DNA of 42,259 bases from Selaginella moellendorffii (GCF_000143415.4 NW_003314371.1:1-42259); one strand, 5' to 3'; positions 12,329 through 23,751 are shown, counted from the stretch's first letter. Notes: generated by a model from the letters alone, not told the origin. Numbers and translations: made by a program.

Positions 12329-13236
12329 ATATTTTACTATTTTTCACTGTAACAAGCTAAAGTGATGCTAGTGACAATAGTGTCCAATTTGGTCAAACCC
12401 CAACTGAGTGCTGATGTGGTAAGTGGGTGAGGGTCTTTAGTTTGTATGGGGAGGATGGGAAGAGACAAGCAATGGGCATTGAGTGTGAGCATGTGAGTGT
12501 ATTTTTGTGTTTCAAAGGTTGATCTCCTTTGGTTTCTCTAGTTTCTTTGTTTGTGGCCGTGAATGGAGAGTTAGTTCTTGTTATTGTGGAAATGAGGGGT
12601 AGCCACATTGCTCTCACGAACAGTGTGTGATTATCCATTCCTGGACATATGTGGAAGATTGATGATTGCTAAATTGAGCATCATGAGTGGTTGTTAATTT
12701 GAAAAATGTAAATAGAGCCTGCTTTATGTGGCATTGGAGACTTTCAATGAGAATCCTAAGGGCATTGTTGGAAACTGATGCAGCAAATCGAGGCAAAAGC
12801 CTAATTTTTGAGGCATAGCAAGTGAGCCAAACAAGAAATCTGTGTTGAACACTCTATGCGTGTGAGAGGAAGTTTATTATGGCTAGTTGCTAACATTTCT
12901 TTTTTGGGGAATGAGGCAAATGCTGCTTAAGTCTAAGAAATGAGGGAGACAAAATCCCAACGGTTGTGTTTGCTAAGCAAATTGTCAAAGGGCCAGGTTG
13001 AACAAGCTATAGTGGCTTTGAGATCAACAAGCTATGGTGGCTCCAAATTCTCTCAAGTTGTTATAAAGGATTATAGAGAGTTGATTTTGATTCTAATGGC
13101 TGAGTATTTTTGCTAGATTGTGTTATGTCGAGGGTTATGGGCGCTAGGGTGTTTTATATTGTGTTCTTGTAATCTTTTTTGGTTTATCTGGTTTCTTTGC
13201 TTAAAATAATCGTAGAATATGCGAGAAATATGCATT

Positions 13237-14748
13237 TTAGGGTTCTTGCATTGGGGAGCGCCATTCTTTCGATCCTATCAACTGGATCCCAGTCGGTACG
13301 TCTTGGCAATTGCGTACATTGGGCTCGAATCTTGGATCGCTTCGGCGCTTGCAATCGCATCCGTACGGCGCCGCGGCGTGGAAGCAGGGATCCATGGAAA
13401 TCAGCCTGGAGCAATTGGCCGTGGCGCTGCGATCGTCATTGTCAGCGAGGAGGAGCCACGGTTTGATCCCGGCCAGGCCCTGGGCGACGTACCCAAACGT
13501 GGATCCGGGGCTCGTGACGAGCTCGTCACACATTGAGAGCAGTACCATCTCCGCCAGCGCCTTCTCGTCGTGCTCCAAGTTGTCGGTCCTCTGCGATTCT
13601 TCGTGGCTCGGGGAGAGAACTCTCACGACTCCATCCGATTCCAGGGAGAAATCTCGTAGCCTCTGGAAGAAGAACCGATCCAGCGATGTCACGAGCGCCG
13701 TGGTCTTCGATCTGGATCTGTTCGACGGGAGATCAAAGAGGCTGTTTTGGAGGAGGCACTGGATCATCGCTTGGGCGAAGCTGGATTGCGAGTGCGGTCG
13801 CAGGCCCAGATTGGGCGCGAGCTGGCGCATCTGGATCCCGATCAGCTTGGTCGAGTCCGCCATGGAGGCTTTGTAGAATCTAGAAGCTTGATGCCACACG
13901 GAGTTGGATGGAGAGAACAAGTATCGCCCAAGGTGGTGGAACACGACGGTCTCTTGCTCCGCCGGGAAGAGACGATCGAGCTCGGCCTTGAATTGCGGCA
14001 CCGCGTACAAGCTGGGAGCGTAGTACTGGCTACTCCGGATGGACAGCCACGCCACTCGATCGCCCAGCGCGCGCTGCTGCCGCTCGCAGAAGAAATTCTC
14101 GCCCAGGCTTGTCTCGCTGATGATGTCGATGGAGAGGTGGCTGCCGAGCACCCGATCGAGATCGTCGGCGCAGAAGCGATGATCGAACTTGGGCTTGGGA
14201 TCGCCGAGCGCGAATTTGTTGAGGATCTCCCGAGAGACTAGCCAGGAGCTACGAGGGAATGGCTCGCAGAAGAGATTTGCCATGTCCTCGCCGGGATCGA
14301 TGAGGAGCACCCTGTCCGTGAGGAGCGCGTAGAGGAAAGTGGCGGCGATGGACACCATCTTGTTGCCAAGGCCGCTGAAGTTGATCCACACCACGAATTT
14401 GCACTCGCCGGTCGTGAGATTCCCGCGGCGATCCCAGGATTGGGGATGATCTGGAGCGCAGCGCGCGTGGAGATCTTCGTACGAGCGCAGTCTTCTCTCG
14501 AGGTTTGTAGATGGGATGTTGCGATCGATTGCGGCTGCACGGTAGTATAGGTGCCGCTGGAGCCGGCTCTGGCATCGATCGTTCTCCCGGATGGGCAGCA
14601 ATCCATGCAGCGATTCTCTATCGCGAGAAGCTCTCGAGGAGGAGAAGTAACAAATTCCTTTGGCTACCTCCCAGATCCGAAACTCTAGAACCAGCAAGTA
14701 GATAGAAATCGCGAGAATTCCCGGCACTAGCATTTTCGTCGCGCCCAT
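13237..14748 (-). CDS. GT37 galactoside 2-alpha-L-fucosyltransferase (xyloglucan FUT1/MUR2 family), intronless
   Basis: First ATG at 14748 (MGATKMLV) followed by an N-terminal TM helix. Motifs: CKFVVWINFSGLGNKMVSIAATFLYALLTDRVLL, LFCEPFP.SSW, VFHHLGRYLF.PSN.VW, IGIQMR, KALAEM.LLS.CD.LVTSPGSTFGYVAQGLAGIKPWLL, SMDPCFH. Confidence 0.92.
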   Translation of the reverse strand: MGATKMLVPGILAISIYLLVLEFRIWEVAKGICYFSSSRASRDRESLHGLLPIRENDRCQSRLQRHLYYRAAAIDRNIPSTNLERRLRSYEDLHARCAPDHPQSWDRRGNLTTGECKFVVWINFSGLGNKMVSIAATFLYALLTDRVLLIDPGEDMANLFCEPFPRSSWLVSREILNKFALGDPKPKFDHRFCADDLDRVLGSHLSIDIISETSLGENFFCERQQRALGDRVAWLSIRSSQYYAPSLYAVPQFKAELDRLFPAEQETVVFHHLGRYLFSPSNSVWHQASRFYKASMADSTKLIGIQMRQLAPNLGLRPHSQSSFAQAMIQCLLQNSLFDLPSNRSRSKTTALVTSLDRFFFQRLRDFSLESDGVVRVLSPSHEESQRTDNLEHDEKALAEMVLLSMCDELVTSPGSTFGYVAQGLAGIKPWLLLADNDDRSATANCSRLISMDPCFHAAAPYGCDCKRRSDPRFEPNVRNCQDVPTGIQLIGSKEWRSPMQEP

Positions 14749-15033
14749 CCGGCCCAAAGTTTGGTGATCTCCAAACTCCCAAAGTTTGAAATTCCAAAGC
14801 AACGAATATTCTCTGATTTGTGCCAGGGTACGGATACCCTGCCGTCCGTACGTCTCCGAGCTCTCAGGAGCTATGCTGTGCCTCTACGCTAGGGTTTGCG
14901 GCAGCGCAGCGAAGATCCGGGGCGCTCTCCACATCGGTACGTCTTTCAAGCTGCAGGGATCCCGAGCTCCATTCTCCGCGGCGATCGCCTGATCCGGACG
15001 GAGCGGCGCGAGAGATCGGAGGGGAGCGACAAG

Positions 15034-16510
15034 ATGGACAAGGTCGCGGGATGGGTTGGAGGAAGCCTGGCGTCGGCATTCTTCGCGTCGCTGGAGCGAT
15101 CGTCGTGCGTGACCTTGTCGACCACGGACACGGACGACGAGGAGGACGTGCCGCTCGAGGTCCGGGTGGATACCGGGCACCAGAGCAGCGCGTCCTGCGC
15201 GGATCATCAGGGCTACAAGCTGGGGCTCGTCGGCCACGACAAGTTCGTGAGGAGCAATCCCATGTCCGATCGCTTCGGTGTTCTTGGCTTCCACCACGTC
15301 GAGTTTTGGTGTGGCGATGCCTCCAACACCTGGCGGCGATTCGCGTGGGGGCTGGGGATGCATCTGGTGGCCAAGTCGGATCACAGCACAGGGAATCACA
15401 CGTACTGCAGCTACGTGATCAGCTCCCGTGAGCTCGTCTTCGCCTTCACTGCTCCATACTCGTCCAAGAAGGCCGACCAGGAGCTCAGCCAGATGCCACA
15501 CCCGGGCTTCTCATCGAGCGACGCGCGGCGGTTCTTCTCCATGCACGGGCTGGCGGTGCGAGCGGTGGGGCTGCTGGTGGAGGACGCGGAGGAGGCTTTC
15601 CGGAAGAGTGTTCTTGGCGGAGCTCTGGCGGTGTTTCAGCCCCAGGAGCTCACGGACGAGGCCACCGGCACGAAGGCTGTGATAGCAGAGGTGAAGCTGC
15701 TCGGGGACGTGGTGTTGAGATACATAAGCTTGAAGGGATTCTCGGGAGCTTTCTTGCCGAATTACACGCCGGTGGAGAGCCTCCCGCTCACTTCCGGGTT
15801 TGTGAGGCTCAGCTACGTTGCGGCGAATGTTTACAACCTTCTCGACACCGTCAACCACATTGTCAAGTTTACGGGATTCCACGAGGTGGCCGAGTATACG
15901 ACGGACGACGTTGGGACCAAAGACAGCGGCTTGAACACCATGGCTCTTGCGAGCAACAACGAGACGGTTGTTTTTTCGCTGAGTGAGCCGACTTACGGGA
16001 CCAAGCGCAAGTCGCCCATTCAGACTTACCTGGAGCAGAATGAAGGCTCAGGGATCCAGCGCTTGGCTCTTCAGTGCGACGACATTTTTGGGACTGTGAA
16101 TGATATCCGTGATAGGATCGATGCTGGTGGCTTTGAGTTCTTGCCAGCTCCTGGTCCCGAGTATTATGATTCCATGCGCGGAAAAGTTGGCAGCGTTTTG
16201 ACTGAAGAGCAGATACTTAAATGCCAAGAGCTCGGTATTTGGATCGACAAGGACGAGCACGGCATTCTCTTACAAATATTTACCAAGCCCGTAGGAGACA
16301 GGTACGTGTGTCGTATTTCCTTGGCACGATCTAAGTTGTTTTCTACGCAGGCCCACCCTGTTTCTAGAGATCATCCAGCGTTTGACTTCGATCGAAAGCC
16401 AGAGTTTTCAGGCGGACAAGTTCGATGTTGTTGGGAAGGATAACTTTTCGGCACTGTACCGATGCTTGGAAGAGTATGAGAAGACTCTGGATGCAACACG
16501 GCAGATGTAG
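15034..16510 (+). CDS. HPPD: 4-hydroxyphenylpyruvate dioxygenase-like protein with a degenerate active site and an extra N-terminal module; exons 15034-16301, 16351-16510
   Basis: Motifs: FVRSNPMSDRF..FHHVEFWCGDA, HGLAVRAVG, GFHE.AEYTTDDVGT.DSGLN, GTKRKS.IQTYL, LLQIFTKPVGDR|PTLFLEIIQR, GKDNF..EEYEKTL. A 49-nt GT-AG intron restores the frame; TAG at 16508-16510. Confidence 0.88.
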
Positions 16511-16941
16511 CAATGTAAGTTACTGGTTCGTCGACAAGCAGCAATGAGCTACTCAAGTAAACGCTGTGCATCCCCTTGGACGTTGGGTAGGGTCGTTTGG
16601 TTGGGAGGAGTATTTCAAACTTAAATGCGGGGGTGGCTGCAAATATGTGTTACGAAATTGAATCAGATGGTAATGTGGGATGTGGGAAGAACAATCAGAA
16701 AAAAAGAAAAGAAAAGAAGGAAAGTCCTCTACGGAACTACGCAAGAAGAGAACTCAAGGACTGTGCGGGGGAAACTCGTCTCGTACATTTAGCCATTTTT
16801 CTTCTTCATTCATCGGCGATGACTTGAAACGTTGGAGAACGAGTATCAACACGATAGTAGCTACTGCGCGACAAAAAAATTCACGAATAATTTGGAACTT
16901 GAGCAGCGGCAGGCTGGGACGTAAAACCAATCGGTTTTCGT

Positions 16942-17738
16942 TCATGCTTTGATCTTCTTGGGAGCTGCTTGGTTGTCCAAGACGACGTAGCTTCCACACC
17001 TGGGACACTGTGGATTCTTTGGGGACAGCATGACGTACATGAGGCAGCTCTTGCATCCGGTCACTATAATTCCAGACGAGGAGCAGTCGTCGCAAGAAGA
17101 GGTCCGTTTGTGGTCCAAGTTGGTCCCCTCGGCGGCCAGTTTTGATGAAGAAGAAACAGCTGCTAGATTGCGTGGAGAAGCCGGCTTGCATCCTAAATTC
17201 AGTTCCAGGTCCAGGTGCTCTTCCAAGGTGGAAGTCGGGCTGTTGTTTTTCGCGTGGTGAGCTTTGACGGAGGTGGCTCGGCTGCTGTTGCTCTGGAGGA
17301 GATCGAGGCAGAGAGACGAGCTCCGATTCAACGAGCCAGACTGTAGGAGCCGGGGATCGTCAATGGTGCTCAAACCGGTGCTACAGTTGACGAAAGTTAT
17401 GGAGCCAGACTGCGGCAAGAGAAGAACTTTCAGCCAAGAGAAAGGAAGAGGAATGGACAGCAATGAGTTCTTGGTACCTTCAAGTCGAGGCGCTTCTCCC
17501 ATCCGGTTGGAAGCGGTGGCTCTTTTTCGTGATCCAGATGGACAGTCTCCGAGGATTGGCACGGACGGATTGCTGGCGGAAGCGGTCCCGAGCTGTCGAC
17601 CGGCTTTCCCATCATCAGGCTGAGGATCTTCTGGGGGTCCTCGCTCCAGGCGTGTGGCTCCTTGGCACTTGTCGTCTTGATCGAGCTTGTGCACAATTCA
17701 GCAGCCTGCCAGCCCAGCTCCATTGTTGCAACTGTCAT
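16942..17738 (-). CDS. CFL1: CURLY FLAG LEAF 1-like protein (WW domain, EAR-like motif, C-terminal Cys zinc ribbon); exons 17738-17478, 17409-16942
   Basis: PLPTGWEKRLDLK|SGSITFVN..TG.ST.DDPR (WW domain split by a GT-AG intron), LDLELNL, and GCKSCLMYVMLSPKNPQCPRCG. Confidence 0.82.
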
Positions 17739-17791
17739 CCGGAAGTGGAAGAATACGAGGCGAAGAGGTGGAAGGAAAGATGGGATAGGAC

Positions 17792-17832
17792 GAAGAAGAA
17801 GAAGAAGAAGAAGAAGAAGAGCAGCAGCAGCA
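17792..17832 (+). repeat. (GAA)9 plus (GCA)4 microsatellite just upstream of the CFL1-like start
   Basis: Directly visible in the sequence. Confidence 0.95.
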
Positions 17833-20800
17833 GCTATAGATGGCTAGATAGATTGGAGGAAACGGGGGAGAAGGGAAGGAGCACAGGGAAAGGAAGACTA
17901 GTATAGAACGAGAACGTGAGGGACGTGCTTTGAATAGCAGCGGAGAAGCGTAAAGGATGCCAAGACTCTCCCCATGAGCTGCATACAATGATAAGTAGGC
18001 GGGCGAGCTCTTTGTCCGGCCAGCCAGCCAGTATTTCTCTTCAGAAAGGTGGGGTCTGCAGCCCGTGCTTTGCATTAAATGCAGGTATCTTTAAGCAGCA
18101 CTTCTCAGCAAGTAAGTATGCGATCTCTCCCCTCATTTTCTCCTTGCTTTCCGTTTTTTGCTAGTTGGCTTTCCTGGCTGGTGGTGGTGGTGGTGATTGA
18201 CTAAGCAAGCAAGCATTCATGCTGGCATTTGCATTTGCATTGGCAGTGATTGCATGCTCTTAGTTGAGATCTCGCCGATTTCAATCCCATCATATACTGA
18301 AGTCCAAAAATCTCTTTAACCACCCGAAACAGGGAAGACGAGGAGGGGGGCCTCTCAAGTGGTGAAGTAGCTTGCATCAAGCCAAATCCACCTGACGCTC
18401 AGCGGCAGCAACAGCATGAACGAGGTGCATTATGGAGAGGGTGTGTGGTCCAACAAAGGAAAGCAGCAATGACGGAAAGAAAAGTGAGCGACTTTATCAG
18501 GCGTGCATCAAGCGTAAGTAGTAGCCAATGCTGGTAAGTATATATTCGGGTTTTCTTTCCTTTATCTTCGTGTTGTTTCCTCCTTGCATGTTTCTCCTCT
18601 GGCTTCTTGCTTGATTGCGCTTCCTTTTTTTTTTCGTTATGGTTTGAGTTTAGCTGCATTAAGTTAGTCTAGATGCTGGTTCCTGAGAGTGCGGGTGGGA
18701 TTTACAGGTGGTTCAGAGGAAGCACTGTTTCCCATGCCATCTATCAATTAATGCTCTCTGACAAGTACATTCATTGCTTTCCAGGTCGCCACCACATTTT
18801 CTTTGGTCAGCAGAAGGCGATCACAGCAACAAGCAGGAGAGAATTCGTAACGCAAAGCAGCTTTCGTTCCTCCTAATCGGTATGTTAAAAGCGGAGAGGG
18901 TGCTCCTGGCCTGGCTGCTTTAAGCTCGTTGAGGTATCACAATTCCTGGAACTATCTTTTGTTATGATCTCTCCCTTGTCCCTTTTTTTATTCTTTCCCC
19001 TCGTCGACTTTTAGGCTTTTGAGCTTCTTTCTTTATTGCTTTAGCCTTTGGGTTTGATCGTGATGCCTTCACATTCTCAGCAGAATTCAATGCGTCGCGC
19101 TAACAAATTTGCTTTTTGCTACATTGCAGCCAGGCATCAAGTTGGGGGACGGGTACTTTGACATTACCTGGCATTTTTCCCGTCTATCGTTTTCCCGCTT
19201 GTGCTTGCTGGTTGGAAGCCTGTAAGTTAAGACATATCCAGTTACAGTTACCTAACTATTTCAGCAGGGACACCACCAGCGGACTCGCACTATTTGGCCA
19301 GTGCATATCACTGGAAACGTTTGTTTGGAAGCATCCGCTTTTGTCAAGCTTCACGCTTAGACATTTGTTTACCCGCCTGCCAGAAGAGCAACAAGACTTT
19401 CGGGTGTCCTCCGAGGACATACAGGCTTGGACTTTCGGAGGTTATTTTATTCTGTTGAGATCATTATCACTGGCATTATCTCGTTGGAGTTGACCGGGTG
19501 AGTACGCTTCCCATGTTTTTTTCTTTGTTTGATTCGTTTTCTCTTTCTCAAGCTTCCTAAGTGATTTCCTGGTTGGTTTGGTGTTTCAGACTTTGGGCGG
19601 TGGTGAATTACACCGTCCAGCTCTTAAGGCACATCCCAGAATCTATAATGGCTGCTGCAGTCTATTTCCTTCAGAGCACACATGCTGAAAAAAAGTACCT
19701 AGTGTCGCTCTCGGGATGCATACACCATGCAGCAGCAGTTCATTACTATCTACTAGCGACGATGTACAATGCTTCAATGGTTCAATTGAAAGCTTGGTAG
19801 GCCTTCAATGGTTCTGTCTGGCGTTCGTTCCTCTCTCCTCAATGCAGGTGTAAATTTCTTCAGAGCGGCCATGAAAGTTTTCAGGCCATGGAGAGCTTTC
19901 AGCCATCGTCACAAATGCGAGGTTGCGTTTCTCTCTTTTATTTGCAATTGTTCCTTGCTGATACTTTATTGGTTCTTCCTTTCTTTTCTTTCGGCTTGAA
20001 TTGAAGCTGACAGATGAACGCTATGATCGAGCAATGGTTGGTAGGACATTTCTCATGGAAGTTGCAGTGGTAAAGTAAGTTTTGCTTTGATCTCCTCGTG
20101 AACTTTGTAGTATTTTTTCTTCTCTTTCAGGTACGCTGATACTGTGGATGCCTTGAGCTGCAAAGTGCCCCTTGTGTCGGCGTGAAATCAACATCCCACA
20201 GGTAAAAGAACGAGCAATTTCCTTCCAAGCTATTTGCTTTTGTGGCCGAGGTAAACTATTAGATTTGTTTCCTCATCCTTGAATGTTGACAGGGAGATGC
20301 ATTCAAGGAAGGTGTTGGCACAGCAGTTATTGAAAACGTTGAGCAATTCTGTCTGGTGTCTCTATTTGGGATCTTATCCTGTGTCTCTTCTCGCCAGAAG
20401 ATATATCTCATGAACGGTGTGATGCTTCAATCAGGTTGGTTCTTCCTTTTTTTTCCTTGATATTAATTCGTTTTAGAAACATTTTGTTTGTGCATCGGTA
20501 GTGTTGCTGGCTGTTGGCATTCCAGCCAGTGAACGCATCCTAGCTGTGTACTGCACTGGTGCGTGGCTGCTACTTGGAAATCTAGGATCATGGATTTCTG
20601 TCCATATTTTTCTCTTCATCGACTTCTGAAACGAAGACCGACTTTTTGAGTATGTCATCGAGAACTGTTCTCAATATCACAGCACCGGGAAAAGCTACAA
20701 AGGATAAAACAAAGGTTTTCTTTCAATGTTTTCGTGCTTGGATACTGATTTCTTCCTTGGAACAGGACTCAGGAGCAGAAAATGAATCTTTTATCCAGTC

Positions 20801-21046
20801 GAATCAAGTAAGAGCATTTAAGTTTGTGGATGTTCTCAAGCTCAATCCCGTAGCTTACAGACAGTCATCGGACTTGAATGGTGCAAGCTTGTCACCAATA
20901 AATGCCCCGAACCCCTGCTCCTGTTCTGGCGATATACGAACCAAGTGAGATCAGATCTTTTCTCTTTCCTTTCTTTATGTAACAGGCTCACACACACTAT
21001 TCACACAGAGCTATCTATCCACAAGAAGATCGCGATCTTCGCTTTA

Positions 21047-21370
21047 CTAAGTGGAGCGAGCTCGCTTGAGGCCTTGCTCCGCTGGATAAGTTCCGGTAGC
21101 AGCAGTGACTTGCGAAGGGAGATTGCTGAAGCTGCGAATAAAAGAGGTGGGGAGGCCGGCGTAGAGCTCCACCACTCTCTTGATGTTGTAGTTGAGCTCC
21201 TTAATGAGCATCACATTTCGGGAGAGGCTCTCCGGGATCTGGGACTCCTGGTTGACGTTGATCTCCTTGATGAGCAGCCGGTTGTGGTCCAGCAGGAACT
21301 GGACCTGGTGGAAGGTTCTCTGGAACACACCCCATGCCTTGCCTTCTGCTCCACCCAAGCTGGAGTCCAT
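21047..21370 (-). CDS. ELF4: ELF4-like (DUF1313) circadian-family protein; probable 5'UTR intron 21384-21449
   Basis: W..FQRTFHQVQFLLDHNRLLIKEIN.NQES.IPESLSRNVMLIKELN.NIKRVVELY is the ELF4/EFL signature. Confidence 0.9.
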   Translation of the reverse strand: MDSSLGGAEGKAWGVFQRTFHQVQFLLDHNRLLIKEINVNQESQIPESLSRNVMLIKELNYNIKRVVELYAGLPTSFIRSFSNLPSQVTAATGTYPAEQGLKRARST

Positions 21371-21818
21371 CTCTCCTCAAATCCTGTAACAAATACTTCC
21401 AGCTTGTAAGCGGCCAGAAGAACAGAACTTGGGAATGAAAGCAACCCACCTTGACAGTGTTCTTGGTTTCTCTCCTGGATGGAAGACACCGAGGCTCGAA
21501 GCGATGGGTTTTCTTCTGCGAGGAAAAACCTTTGTGAGCTCTGTCACTTTCTCGCTTGCCTGCTTTTCTTCTTCGTTGGAAATCCGAATGTAAATCCTAG
21601 ACAGCCCAAACGCATGAGCATTTTCGTCTAGTGACGAGAATAAAGTGGAAAAGCGACAACGTATGGGCACACCTTTCTATGCCCAGTTCTTGGCTCTGCA
21701 AAAGCCAGTTTTATTAGCACGCGCTGGGAAAGGAAAATAGTCGCACGAAACATGGACGCCTGGACGAGGATGTTCTTTTACCGGTGCGTCGTGTGCTGGC
21801 TGTGGCTTTCGTCTTTGC

Positions 21819-23589
21819 TTACGAGCTTTTCTTGCCAGACAGGAAGTGCTCCGCCACGATCCGTCTCTGGATCTTCCCCGTCGCGGTTCTCGGCAGCTCG
21901 TCCGCGAAGAACGTCCGGCGTGGGAGCTTGAACTGCGCCAGGTTCTTTTTGCAGAAGGCAAGGATGTCTTGCTCGGTGGCGGACTCGCCTTTGTGTAAAA
22001 CAACGGCCGCGTTCACCTGGAAAAGAGGGTCGTTTAATGAAACACTGCTTCTCAGGAGAAACGCTCTCACCACTTCTCCGTATTTTTCATCCGGCGCTGC
22101 AAATGCCACGGCTTCTGATACTGCCGGATGAGCGAGCAAGACGGCATCCACCTCGAGGGGCGAAATCTTTTCGCCTGCACAAAAGCTTTAGAGATGAAAA
22201 AAGAAAAGAACAAGGATCACACAAAGACGCACCTCCCTGATTGATGAGCTCTTTAATTCTCCCGGTTAAAGTTACGTAGCCATCCTCGTCGAGAAAGCCT
22301 CTATCTCCAGTATGAAACCAGCCGAAAGCGAAAGCCGTCTTGTTAGCCTCGGGATTGTCCTTGTACCCCGTGGTCACATTCGGGCCGCGGATGCAAACCT
22401 CTCCCTGCTTGGTCTTCTCCTGCTTCTCGCCATTGTCATCCAGAATAGCCAGCTCTATCCCCGTTGGCTTGCCTACAGTCCCCGGCTTGTGAGGCCCGTG
22501 AGAAGGTAAAGGATTGGACGTCATCTGGTGGCTCGCCTCCGTCATCGCATACGCCTCCAAAACCGGAGCCGAGAAAGCCTCTTCCAAGTTCGCAAGCACC
22601 GCCGGCGCCAGCGACGCGCTACAGCTCCGGATGAATCTCAGCTCCGGATACTCGGCCTCCGGATTGCTCTTGTGACGAGCCAGCAAAATCTGATGGACCG
22701 TTGGCACCGCCGAGTACCACGTAGCTCCATACTCCTTCACGTCCTTCCAAAAGGTGGCGGCCGAGAAGCGTCCAGCGGCTGGGAGAATGGCTGTCCCACC
22801 CGATGTCAGCGTCGAGAGCAAGCTACACATGAGGCCGTGGACGTGGAAGAGCGGCAGCACCACCACCGTCTTGTCAGTCACCGAGAGCTCGTAAGTTCCC
22901 ACGATATTCTTCACGGAGGAGGCGAGGTTGAACTGGGTGAGTGGCACCCCCTTGGGTCTGCTCGTAGTCCCGGAGGTGTGGAGGAAGAGGGTCACATCGC
23001 TTCCAACCGGATGTGGGAGATCCAGATCTTCCTTCTCGGAGTTTAGCTCGAGCCTGTTCTTGGGGGTGACTTCCACGATCAGAAAGCCCGTCTCTTCCTC
23101 TTTCCCCCAGTGGATTCCTGCCACTGGCAAGCCGAGCTGGTCAGCAGCCTCCTCGGCGCTCTTGTTTCCTTCCAGCCCTGGGACTAGCAGCAGCGACGAT
23201 CCAGCATCTTGCATAGAGAATCGAAACTCCTCCGGTGTGTAGGCGGAGTTCAAGGGAGCTGCGACGCAGCGGAGCTTGGCCACGGCCAAGAACACCACGA
23301 CGAACTGCCAGAGAAAAAGAAAATGCGAAATTTCGACACAGGATTGGCCCTATCCTCACGCGCTTACCTCGATCGTGTTGGGGAATGCGAGCGAGACGAG
23401 GTCGCCAGGATTCAATCCGGTGCGCTTGAGCTTGGACGCCGTGCGGAGAATCGCTGCCTGGAGCTCGGCGTGCGTGAGGCGCGGGCCTCCGGAGGCGATC
23501 AATGCATCGCTGTCCGGCTCCAGTGAGGCGCCGTCGACGAGGAGTTCGATCAGCGTGAGATTTCCATCCGAGGGAGTTGTGGCGGCCAT
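21819..23589 (-). CDS. AAE3: Oxalate--CoA ligase (AAE3-like acyl-activating enzyme); exons 23589-23368, 23304-22233, 22174-22071, 22016-21819
   Basis: Motifs: LFLHTSGTTSRPKGVPLTQ.NL, VVLPLFHVHGL, LRFIRSCSASLAP, APVLEAYAMTEASHQMTSNPLP, GWFHTGD.G, GGEKISPLEVD, LPRTATGKIQRRIVA. Three GT-AG introns. No C-terminal SKL. Confidence 0.92.
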
Positions 23590-23751
23590 TGCTAGATCGA
23601 AGAGACGAACACTACACGTGTCACGCAAGAACCCTATGTTCTAAAAGGTAAATAAACCCTATGTGACGGCATATACCATAATGTGACAGAATATACTACA
23701 ACAGCGATTTTAGGGTTCTATAGTTTTAAAAATTTGAATGATAATTTTTAG

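Noticed and set aside
12330-13190. AT-rich block replacing the 5' half of the DWA2 duplicate, possibly TE-derived
   Set aside because: No termini, TSD or diagnostic protein motif that I can identify.
14896-15033. 46-aa N-terminal extension of the HPPD-like ORF in the track, plus its C-terminus after GDR
   Set aside because: The extension starts at TTG in the divergent promoter; the tail is intron read-through, and splicing restores the conserved HPPD end.
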